Assembly (NCBI RefSeq): GCF_008831285.2
Contig: NC_045138.2
Location: 9,858,001 to 9,922,000 of the forward strand
Direction: 5' to 3'
From: Nymphaea colorata
Lineage: Eukaryota
DNA length: 64,000 nt
The translations under genes were made by a program, and so were the position numbers. Under the pieces are notes generated by a model, which did no database searches, was not told the origin of the DNA, and was given only the letters and a program-made list of their open reading frames with translations. How positions within the stretch are numbered: the first letter of the stretch is position 1; each line of letters opens with the position of its first letter. This document shows, one piece after another, positions 25,613-36,619 of this stretch.

Positions 25613-28600
25613 GTAAGCCAACCCTCTACAGGGCTCGAGTTCCGCCCGAACTCTGACTAATCTCTGTCATCTTATTCTTCTTTTTGTTGCCTATCCCAGG
25701 ATGGTTTTCGTTCGACCGGATCCATGATACGGAACGCCGGATGCTCGCTGAGTTCTTTGACGGGCGGTCGACGGCCAAGAACCCTAGAGTGTACATGTAC
25801 CTTAGGGACTTCATTGTGAAGAAGTACAGGGAAAATCCGTCGAGGAAGATTACCTTTACCGAGGTAAGGAGGATGCTCGTTGCAGACGTAGGCTCTATCC
25901 GGAGGGTATTCGATTTCCTGGAGAGTTGGGGATTGATCAACTACACTCCGTCGAAGCAGAGTCTGCGGTTGGAGGAGAAGGAGAAGACGTCCGTCCCAGT
26001 ATTAGCATCTCCAGGAGCAGCTTCTTCGCCGGCCATGATGTCGGAATCTGCTCGGCTGTCCCGGTTCTTCAATCCTACAGTTTCTGGAGAGATTACGATG
26101 GACGCAGGGAGAAACATTAAGGACGGGACTAAGAAACTGTGTAGTGGTTGTAAGTCGCCCTGCAGCAACACGTGCTTTGATTGCCGTAAGGTTAGCTTGC
26201 TCTCCATTATTTATCTATCGCAAATGTATGGAAATGATTTGGTTTACATGGGATTTTTTTTTTTTTTTTTTGCGGCATAGTTCGGCAGAAACAAAAAGTC
26301 ATTTTACATTATACCAAAAAATGAGGTGCTCTGTCTTGGATAACCAAAAGCTAAAATGTCGAAACGGTCCCGTAACAAAAGAGAACGGAAGACTGCTGAA
26401 AGGATCGAATCTGGAAATTAGTATTATCAGCAAACACTGAAATATTCATGGATATAAGTGGAAAATATGGAGTGAAATTGGTACAGTATGTTCACATGGT
26501 GGCTGCTATGAAGGGAAGAACATGGGAAACAGCATAGGAAATGACAGCAGGAAACAAGGGTCTATAGGCTGATGTAAAGCAGAAAGACGTTGTTAATAGT
26601 CTGTTCTGGAATTTCAAGTCTTGTTCTCGGAAACTGAGAAAGAGGATTTATTTGTCAAGGGAGATAAACTAGAAAAGGTCTGAAAATTAGCTCCTAAACG
26701 CTCTAAGCTTATTTCGGTTAGGATTACCTAATTGTGTTGGCATTGGAGCCCATCTGAAACTATCAATGTATTCTCAATGGTCTTGTCATTGTCCATAGGC
26801 AATCTAGAATGGAGAAAAATGAATAAACATTTTGCATTTGAAACTGTTGAAATGTTCAAAAAATTTATGCTACCTACGGTAATGTTTTTTCTTTTGCTAT
26901 GCAATTAGGAAATAACCCTATGGACCTTTGCAATTCTAATAAGTCACCTTGTTTTACCCTAGGAAGCATGCCTTGATTGCAAAGGGACCTCCATCATTCA
27001 CTATGTATAGTTCTGATCAATTCAATATGAGGTGAATGTGCTAGCTAGAAGGTGGAAACATGCAGCATATAGTGTGTCTAGTTTACGGCTAGGGTGACTG
27101 GGGTATTTAATCCTGTTCACTTGCTTTTCATTGTCATCCATGTGGAAGATAGATCTCGATTGACTACTGTGAGGTCAACTTTGTACGTGGATGCAGATTG
27201 GCAGGATTCCACTTCGTCTAATGTCCAATCCTCGTGCACTTCTCAAATACCTCTTTGTTTAGGTCCTCATGCACTTCTCAAGTACCTCTCTGTTCTTTAG
27301 GTAACCCTGTCTGGCATTTTGAAGCATGCACTTAGGGACCTTGATTTATTCAGTAAGATAGTCAACAACTTCATTCTGGAAATTGAGCAAGTTGGAAGCA
27401 CCTTTAAATTAATATCCTTGTGTAAAATTGCATTCTTGTGAAATCTAGAGCATGAAAGTGGGAAATAATCTATCATGTATTAGTGATTGGTTATCATGAA
27501 GGCTTAAGCTTATTTCTCTTTTTGTGAAGAATAGGTGTCAATTGTTAACCATAATTCTTGGTATAGATTCTATAGAATAACATACTTAGTGAATTTGGTT
27601 GAGCTGGTTTGTTCTGAGCCTGAATTGCATACCAATCACAACCTGAGTTAGCAAACTCTTGTAGATGTAGGATCAGTCCCTACCATGCAGGTGCTAATGT
27701 TGCTGCAGGAATTTATCTCACATGTAGCACCCGTTCGATGCCTGCTCCGGTCTGGATCCTGCTAGAAAATGCATCTTGAAAGATGAGTGCATTTCACTGC
27801 ATGGAGGACTGTTTCATCAGGCTGCAGTCTGCCATGTTCAGAACTGTCAAACCAACTGTCGTCTCAGATCCCAGAGATTCATTCATGTGAAGCTGTAATT
27901 AGATAATGCCCAGCAAAGAAAAGTCAAGGAAACAGAGTCGCTACCATACAAAGCAACATGTGCTTTGGTCTCCAGGAAGTGGTGGAGCTCTAATTTAGAG
28001 TTTAGACTTTAGACTGCTTTATGTTTTATTTATGGTTTTGGAAATGCTTCAAGCAAGAACCAATGAGTTGCCTGTTTTTTTTATCTCACTTGGCTTTTCA
28101 TCTGAAGAAAACAGAAGTTTTCCTTCAAAGTCTCCAACTGAATCTTTATACAATTATGTGAAACTGTTGATGTTTAGAGCACTAATTTTATGTATTTTAA
28201 CAGGCTGATGTTGTTCTTTGCACAAGATGCTTCATTCGTGGCAACTATCAGTTTGGCCTTTCTGGTGCAGATTTCAAGCGGATTGATCTTACTGTTGCTC
28301 AAGAGACTAGAACAGGCTGGAGTGATGCGGAGACATTGCGACTTTTAGAAGCTATCTTGCAGTATAATGATGATTGGAGGATGGTATCTGATCATGTTGG
28401 CAGTAGGACTGAGAAAGAATGCATTGCTCGGTTTATCAAGCTTCCAATAGGGGAGCAGTATATTGAACCTTTAAACATTCAGGATGACAAGGAACCTGCT
28501 ATAGGTGAGGAAAACGGAGAAAGAAATGGTGTGAATCCAACAAAAAGAAGGCGTCTTACCCCACTTGCAGATGCAACCAATCCAATAATGGCTCAGGTGA

Positions 28601-30052
28601 GAACAGTTGGTAGTTTTAGAGATCTTGAAATTTGCTTTAACTGAAAACAGTGAATCGTTATTGAAATTAAATCATGGTATTTGGCTTCAACTGGAAACAT
28701 CTAATCATTGACAGCGTGTAATTTGATTTGTTCAAGAACGACAATTGGATACTTCTATTCTCTAAAAGCTTCCATGACGTATCATGAAAGGGAAAAAACA
28801 TGCATGAATCAGTTGTAGCCTTAAGGAAACAAAAGTGATTTAGCCAAATGATTCATATGTCCTGTGTAACAATTTGCTTAGACATTTCAATTAGGATAAG
28901 TATCTTGATGTGTTCACAAAATATTGTAGATTTTTGTTCTACAATGTGACTGATCTGTCTAAATGCTGCTAAACTTTCTTTTCATTTTTTGTCAGGCTGC
29001 ATTCTTGTCAGCCTTGGTGGGCTCTGATGTAGCATCTGCTGCTGCTCATGCTGCTGTTGCTGCTATATATGATGACCGACCTTATTCTCAAGGTATAGAA
29101 GCTTCCTTGCTGCAAGGTGCAGTTACTGACCATGTAGTCTGAGTTTTCCTTTAAACCTCGTGGGCCATAAAAGGGAAACTTCAGTAATGTGCTGGGCATG
29201 GGTTTCCTAAACGACATAATCACAATAATATAGTTGTTGTTAGGACTTAGTGGCCCTCCAAGTTCTCTGTACAACTAGTTATTTGGGTTAGCTTAAAACA
29301 TCCAGGTTGGAACAGTAGAGTTCAGCACCTGGAGTGTGTCGTTTGCCCTAAGACAAAAAAAGAAAAACAAAAAAAGCAACAGGGAGACTTTCCTTATAGT
29401 CAAAGGTGAGGTACTCTGGATTTTACATCGAGGGGCAATTAGAATAGGTGATGGAAAATATATCCCTCATTCTTCTGCAAGTCTTGTCCCTCATTCTTCT
29501 GCAAGTCTAACACGTCCAGGAAAAATCTGCGCTCTCTATAAAAACATGATTGTCTTTAGATAGAATTTTTATGCTTTTTAACAAAGAATTATAATGATAC
29601 ACACTATTCCCAAATATAGTTCTCGTTTTTCATTGCAGATACAGCTGCTGAAAGAAATGGAGTGGCAAGAGCTTTAGAGGACGCATCTGCACAAGCACAT
29701 GCTCAGCTAGATCAAGAAGAGATGGATGTGGAGAGAGCGATCACAAATATTATTGAAGTTAAGGTACTTATTTTTTACAAATATATTAAAATCTAGATAA
29801 CCTGAGACTTGCTTGGAAGTGTTGTTGCTAATACTTTGTTGGAAAAAAAAAAAAAAGCTGAAGGGGATTCGGGACAAAATCATGCGCTTTGAGGAGCAGG
29901 AATTGCAGACGGAGAAAGAGCGTATGCAACTGGACCACATGAAAGGCCTTCTATTTGCTGATCAGCTGAATTTTCTGCAACGAAGCTCCCATGCTAGATC
30001 TACCGACACTTCAAAGCCTGAAAGTGCTAAAATTGCTACTGATGTCACATGA
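25411..30052 (+). CDS. SWI3B: SWI/SNF complex subunit SWI3B-like. Exons 25411-25612, 25700-26190, 28204-28596, 28996-29092, 29639-29763, 29858-30052 (1503 nt, 500 aa)
   Basis: All introns are GT-AG with consistent phase. SWIRM (VPSYGRWFSFDRIH...RRVFDFLESWGLINY), ZZ-like Cys cluster (CSGC..C...C..C......LCTRC), SANT (WSDAETLRLLEAI...RTEKECIARFIKLP), PLADATNPIMAQAAFLSALVG, and C-terminal coiled coil ending LLFADQL. Size and motifs fit SWI3B rather than SWI3C/D. Confidence 0.92.
25700..26190 (+). CDS. SWI3B: SWI3B exon 2 (SWIRM domain, start of Cys cluster)
   Basis: Acceptor CCCAG|GA TGG TTT; donor CGT AAG|GTTAG. Confidence 0.92.
28204..28596 (+). CDS. SWI3B: SWI3B exon 3 (Cys cluster end, SANT/Myb domain)
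   Basis: Acceptor TAACAG|GCT GAT; donor GCT CAG|GTGAG; 131 open codons. Confidence 0.92.
28996..29092 (+). CDS. SWI3B: SWI3B exon 4
   Basis: GTCAG|AAFLSALVGSDVASAAAHAAVAAI...CAAG|GTATAG. An alternative in-frame donor lies at 29117. Confidence 0.85.
29639..29763 (+). CDS. SWI3B: SWI3B exon 5
   Basis: TTGCAG|AT...AQLDQEEMDVERAITNIIEVK|GTAC. Confidence 0.85.
29858..30052 (+). CDS. SWI3B: SWI3B exon 6 (coiled coil, stop)
   Basis: LKGIRDKIMRFEEQELQTEKERMQLDHMKGLLFADQLNF...TGA. The acceptor AAG follows an A14 run. Confidence 0.85.
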   Translation: MKGIRDKIMRFEEQELQTEKERMQLDHMKGLLFADQLNFLQRSSHARSTDTSKPESAKIATDVT

Positions 30053-30540
30053 CTGCTATGCATGTACAGTGTAATCCAGTCTTCTTTGTTTAATGCGCTG
30101 TAGCCTGTCATAGTCCATAATTATTAAAAGATCAATGCCGGCGACAGGCCTTTCTAAACTGTTGGCATTGAGTAGCCCCTTTGCTTGATTGTGAGGGGCT
30201 GATATTACAGTCATGAACTTGCGGGTAACTCCGTCACCTTTTTGAATCATATAAAAAAAGAACGTGGCCTTGCAAAGGCCAGGATTTGTCTTGGCCCTCC
30301 TTTCAAAGCAAATTTCTTTTGCCTTCATAGTTTGTCCCATGAATGGCTAGCAAGAGCTTTCTGTTCTCCACTTGTTAATGAGTAACCGGAAGCTTTAAAT
30401 GGACCTCTTCATTTATTTCTCTGGGGCATTTACCATGGATATGGATTTTGAGGAATAGCAGTTCTCCGTGACAACAAAGGGGAGGGAGGAAGAGAACCTG
30501 ACGGGATCTTAACACACCTCGTCCAATCTAAGTTGTTGGA

Positions 30541-30543
<3 letters not shown>

Positions 30544-30583
<40 letters not shown>
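30544..30583. repeat. (AT)n microsatellite downstream of SWI3B
   Basis: Pure AT dinucleotide run of about 40 bp. Confidence 0.97.
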
Positions 30584-30585
<2 letters not shown>

Positions 30586-31011
30586 TTTCGTTGGCCATTT
30601 CCATTACCACAAGGTTCCGGGATGAGTTGAAAGCACGTTGCTAACATGACATCCTCGTTTCAAAGGCTGCAAACATCCTCGCAAGACACTGCTTCTAGCA
30701 GGAGCCCTCTTTGGCTGCTTTTCAATGCTTGTGATGACCAATTTATCTTGGAGGATGGATGATATTATATAAATGTTAAAGTCTTGGCCCTTGTGCCAGC
30801 ACCACTCAACCCACACATGCCTGCATATGACCCAACTTGCCAACAACTTTTCATCCCCCTTTGATCTATCTGGATGAAAATTTCCTTCCATAATTGCTAG
30901 ACATGAACAGTACTGGAGCAGAGCCACGTGGGCGTACACGCAATTGTCTACATCATTCCTACAAATTCTCTTTATTTTTATATGGGCGCTTTCAACTATT
31001 TGCTTATTTTT

Positions 31012-31241
31012 TGTTGAGAAAATTTATGGTTTTGCATCTGAGGTTTTCTGTATTTTGGAATTTTAGTATTATGTAGCTTTTTAAATTTTAAAGTTTTGTT
31101 GGACTCTTTATGTAAAGGGTTAAACATAACTCTAATTATTATTTAAAGGAAAGGGAGCAGTCGGAACAGAAAATCTGCTCCTTACTCTCTTTCCTCCTCA
31201 CGTTTTCTTCTTCTCCCTCTACTCTACCACTCTAAACAACA
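31012..31241 (+). repeat. Copia 5' LTR (230 bp)
   Basis: TGTTGAG...AAACAACA; direct repeat of 36285-36508. Confidence 0.93.
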
Positions 31242-34200
31242 TGGTATTAGAGTGTGTTCCTTCTTGGGACTGACCTGCTTCCCTTCATCCCCATCTCCAC
31301 TCCTTTTTTCAATACCCATCGTCTTCCCATTCTTCTATTCTACTTACTATTTTGAGCACAACAGTTGGGTCATGTTTGTTGGGCCCGATCTAGGGTTTTG
31401 TCAAAAAAAAAGTCAAAACCCTAGATCGATGCCTCGTTGAAGTTGATGTGGCAGCAGTATAGTTAAGTGGTCTTCAAGATGGATGAACGTCAAAATACGT
31501 CACTCAAGCAGTATGGTTTACATTTCTGTTGAGGCTGCAGTTTACAAGTCTGCAAGAGCAGCAAAGATATATTGGTCTGGTATGATTTCTTTTAAGTTGA
31601 TGCTGTCGACCAAATCTGGTAAATTTTTTTTAAGTACCCTACTGTTGGACCAAATTTCCTTATACCTGGGTGCTGATTACTCAAGTCTGTTGCAACATTG
31701 CAAAACTGTATATCAGTTTTCAGTTAGTTGGCATCCGAGTATTTGACGTCCATCATTTTTTCTTGTCAATCTATGGTGGCTGCTTGGTAGAAGAGGACTT
31801 TATTTGCAATACAACAGAAGCTTAGTCTGTCGTTGAGAGTTTTCCATCCATTATTCTACAATATGTTGTGTGTTGATAGTTACAAATATTTTTTTTTTTT
31901 GCCATGTGGTGATAGTATTACTATAGCATGGGTTTGTTGTGGGGTTGCAGAAACAGTGACTGCAAGGATATTCTTCCTTGTTGGAGATTAATTTGATATT
32001 TTATTAGTCAATATTCAGTCTGCCATGGACTTTCATATTCTCCTATTTTCGAGGTTTTATCATGGCTACTAGTAAATCTTTACAACATGACAGAACTGAA
32101 CCTAGAAATGAGCAAACAGAGGCTGGTGTTGAGTACAAAGCCTTCTCAAATCCCTTTTCTTTTGGATCTACTATCAAACTTGATGGAGCCAACTACTATG
32201 TATGTTCTAGAACCTTCATGTTGTTAGTCGTTGGACATGGGAAGAAATATATATTGGAGGAAGATGTACCAGTTGAAAAGATTGGTAAATACGCATGGTA
32301 GGAGGAAGAAAACAGTATAATCAATGCTTGGCTTATGAATAGCACTCAACCTCACATTGTTAGAGAGTTTTGTTATTATAATACAACTAAAGATATGTGG
32401 AATTCTTTCTAGCAGATGTACTCTCATGACAAGAACATCAGCAAAATTTTACAGGTTCAGCAAGAATTGTTACAAATGCGGCAAGGTGACATGGATTTAA
32501 CTGAATACTTTACAAAGTTGAAGTTCACTTATGAAAAGATGAATTCCTTAAAAACACCCAGTAAGTATTGTCTCAAATTTCACATGGAGCAAATAATTGT
32601 TGTTAAATTTCTTGTTAGACTATCATTGGATTATTCTACAGCCAAGACTCAAATGCTTATAGGACCAGATTTTTTTGATTTTTCTGATCTTGATGAGGCT
32701 TTTAACTACTCTTCCTCTATCCTCAAACAACTCACAACCATCTACTCTTGCCTCATTTGGAGGAGGATGAAGTGGACTATACTCTTCCCGTGGTAGGGGA
32801 AGAGGCCGAGGTCCAGGAGGACGTGGAAGACTTCAATGCACATATTATGGTCGTCTTGGTCACTTAGAGGATAGGTGCTGGAACAAAGTCGGTAAACCTA
32901 ACTCATCCACATCGTCTACTGTGACATCATCATCCACTTCTGCTCCAAACACACAATCTATCAGTATAGTTCCTAAGGCGAAACCCACAGTTGCTTCTGT
33001 AGATGCTACATCTCTTAGTCTAAGTTTGGCCGAACTTGATTTAATTATGGAGCATCGATCAAATACTACACCTTATACTATATTTGCATCCACAGATATC
33101 ACAAATTCAGCATATTCTGCAAGTAAAACCTCTTCTAATGGTTGTTGGACAATTGATTCTGGAGCATCTAAACACTTTTGTGGAGATACTAGTATTTCAA
33201 ACCTACAGAAATTTAATCTCTTACAGTATGTTTGATTGGTAGATGGAATGTTATCTCCGGTAGAAGGGCATGGAGATGTTCATCTCTCTCCATCTTTTCA
33301 TGTTCATGATGTGCTATATACTCTTGAATTCTCAAAGAATTTGTTATCTGTAAGCAAACTAACTAAAGAGATGAATTGCTGAGTCATTTTTTACTCGGGT
33401 ACTTATGTATTTCAGGACCTATCGACTGGGAGGAAGATTGGTGGAAGTCATGAAAGAGATGGAATCTACTTCTTGGATGCATCTATTAAGGAGGCATCAT
33501 TCTTAGTTGATTCATCTTCAAGTGTGTTCTATTGGCATCTCAGATTGTGTCATTCATCTTTTCCTAAACTACGGTTGCTATGTCCTCAGATTTCTTCCAC
33601 AACTTCTATTTTTTTAAGCTTGTCAACTAGGCAGGCATAGTCATACTTCATTTCCATCAAGTCAAAGTCATTCTAGCCAAAATCTATTTGATTTAGTTCA
33701 TGTTGATGTTTGGGGGCCTAGTCGGGTTCCAAGTCGATTGTCGTTTCGTTACTATATGTCCATTGTTGATGATTTCTCTCGTGTCACTTGGGTTTTTTTT
33801 ATGAAAGACAGAACTGAAGCTCCTTGTATCTTGAAATCTTTTATATTGGAAATAAAAACTCAAATTAGTTCTTGTATCAAGGTTGTTCGCGCTGACAATA
33901 CTCTCGAGTTCAAATCTACTTCTCTACTTGAATTCTATAAATCTCATGATATTGTGATACATTTTACGTGCCCTCATACATCTCAACAAAATGGTGCAGT
34001 TGAAAGAAAACATCGCCATTTGTTGGATGTAGCCCGCACGATCATAATTCATTCTCATATGCCTTCCAAATTTTGGGAAGATGCAATCCTGATCGCATGT
34101 TACCTAATAAATAGAATGTCATCCTCTTCCATAGACAACAAGATTCCAATTCAAATTCTCTACCTAAACAAGGCTTTGTTCTCTTTGCCTCCACATATAT

Positions 34201-36284
34201 TTGGATGCAAATGCTTTGTACATAAACTTGGACCTAATCGAGATAAATTAGCTGCACAAGCAAGTAAATGTGTATTTGTGGAATACTCTAGAAATAAAAA
34301 ATGATATTGATGCCTTGATCCTATATCTAATCGAGAGTTTGTTAGTGCCGATGTAATCTTTCTCTAGTCTTCTCCATCTTTCCTGCAAGCCCCTCATATC
34401 CACAGTCTAAGATGCCCCTTTTGTTCCACTTCTAATTCCTCTTGTTCCACTTGAGTCTCTTCCTTTTTTATCATCACCCACCTCTCCCAATCCCTCCATT
34501 CCATGGTTTAAAGATCATCCTCTCACATATTCAAGAAGAAATCCATCATCTAATGACCCTACACCATCTTACTCTTGGGATGTAAGTAGTTCTGAATTAC
34601 ATGACATGTTTGAGTATTTCCTTGATGCATCTCATCCTGATGAACTATCAATTGCTTTGCGTAAAGGGATCAGACAATGCACAATTCATCCTCTTTCTAA
34701 ATTTGTTAGTACAACTCAGTTGGGAGATCATATGTGCAAATTTATTGATGTCTTGTCAGCTACTTCCTTTCCTATTTCACATAAACAAGTTATGTTGGAC
34801 TCTAAGTGGTACCAAACAATGAAGGAGGAGATTGATTCTTTAATATTATGCCACACTTGAGAACTTGTTGAACCTCCTTCTGGGGCAGATATTGTCAGCT
34901 CGAAATGGGTATTTACTATCAAGAATAACTCAAATGGTACCGTTGAGCGATACAAGGCATGATTGGTAGCAAAAGGGTACATACAAACATATGGTATTGA
35001 CTTCTTTGAAACTTTCTCTTCTGTTGCACGTCTAGGTATTATACGACTTATTATATCTGTTGCAGTTCATTATGGATGGAATATGTACCAACTTGATGTT
35101 AAAAATATTTTTTTGTATGGGGATCTATCTAAAGTAGTATATATGCAGCAACCGTCGGGCTTTGAGAAACAGGGGGAGTGTACCAAGGTATGTTTGTAAA
35201 AGAAGACTATATATGGTTTGAAACAGAGTCTCAGAGCATGGTTTTAGAAGTTGTGTAGTGTTGTGTCTAAGTTTGGGTTTTATAGATCTCCTTTAGATCA
35301 TTCATTGTTCATAAAAAGACCTCAAGAGGTATGGTTGTTATGGTGATATATGTGGATGACATTATTTTAACTGATGACAGTGAATAAGAAATATAAGACA
35401 CAAAGAAGTATCTCCAATAGCACTTTGTTACTAAAGATCTTGGCGCTCTACGTTACTTCTTGGGGATAGAAGTAGAAAGAAGTAAAGAAGGTCTAGTCCT
35501 TTCTCAAAGAAAATATGTTCTTAATTTGCTACAAGAGATAAAAATGACTGGAACTAAACCAGCATCTATTCCTATGAATTCTCGTATTCACTTATATGAT
35601 GATAAGTCTGAACCTGTTAATAGCAAATCATATCAGTCTCTGATTAGAAAGCTACTATATGTAACCATTACTAGACCTAATATATCCTTTGTTGTGGGAA
35701 AACTAAGCCAGTTTATGGATAAGCCAAAAAAAGCTCATTGTGATGCAGCTATGCTATTATTGAAATTTCTAAAAGGTTCTCCTAGAAAGGATCTATTATT
35801 TAGAAGAAGTTCTTCACTTCAGATAGAAGCTTATTTTGATGCAGATTATGTAGGCTCTATTGATGACAGAAAGTCCACAAGAATTTGTATCTTTGTTGGT
35901 GGTAACTTAGTCTCTTGGAGAAGTAAAAAGCAAGCTGTTGTTGCTCGGTCAAGTGCAGAGTCAGAATACCGAGCCATGGCCCAAATTGCCACTGAAATCA
36001 CTTGGGTGAGAGTCATGCTAGAAGGTCTTGGAATATAGACCGAATTGCCTATAAAAATGCAATGTGATAATAAAGTGGCTACTTATATAGCAAATAATCC
36101 AGTTTTTTACAAACGGACCAAGCATATTGAAGTTGATTGTCATTATATTAGAGACTTGGTTCAAGCAAGAATTATTTCTATTGAATATATTGCTTCAGAA
36201 GATGAAACTGCAGATATACTTACCAAAGCTCTTCCTATATCTGATTTCATGAAATATTGTAATAAGCTGAAGCTTGAGGGGGAG

Positions 36285-36508
36285 TGTTGAAAAAACTTAC
36301 TAGTTTTGCATCTGAGGTTTTCTGTATTTTGAAATTTTAGTATTTTGTAGCTTTCTAAATTTTAAAGTTTTGTTGGACTCTTTATGTAAAAGGCTTAAAC
36401 ATAACCCTAATTATTGTTCAAATGAACCATCAATAGAAAATCTGCTTCTTACTCTCTTTCTTCCTCACGTTTTCTTCTTCTCCCTTTTCTCTACCTCTCT
36501 AAACAACA
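36285..36508 (+). repeat. Copia 3' LTR (224 bp)
   Basis: TGTTGAA...AAACAACA immediately after the PPT; diverged copy of 31012-31241. Confidence 0.93.
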
Positions 36509-36619
36509 TTTATATATATTGATACCCTTTTAGAAGGATGATAAATTTTGAAATAGTGCATCTCAACTTAAAATTTCTGGATCCACTGCTGGACATGAGT
36601 GTAAGCTGTCTTGAAACGT

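Larger units (their letters stand above)
31012..36508 (+). mobile_element. Full-length but inactivated Ty1/copia LTR retrotransposon
   Basis: Two TG...CA LTRs; PBS TGGTATTAGAG (tRNA-Met type) at 31242; PPT GAGGGGGAG at 36276-36284. Gag from 32062, degenerate zinc knuckle at about 32837, WTIDSGASKH protease, integrase (VDDFSRVTWVF...QQNGAVERKHRH), RT, and RNase H (SWRSKKQAVVARSSAESEYRAMA). Many stops. Flanks TTTTT/TTTAT. Confidence 0.95.
30908..36591. mobile_element. Old hAT-type MITE (about 180 bp of its own sequence) split by the Copia insertion
   Basis: Left end CAGTACTGGAGC versus reverse-complemented right end CAGCAGTGGATC (9/12). Flanks GACATGAA (30900-30907) and GACATGAG (36592-36599) match 7/8. 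Confidence 0.55.

Noticed and set aside
26191..28203. 2-kb SWI3B intron 2 as host of a nested gene or RNA
   Set aside because: No convincing ORF, tRNA/snoRNA structure or bounded element could be supported by eye.
29463..29508. 24-bp tandem duplication in SWI3B intron 4
   Set aside because: It is real but an ordinary two-copy slippage duplication with no sign of function.
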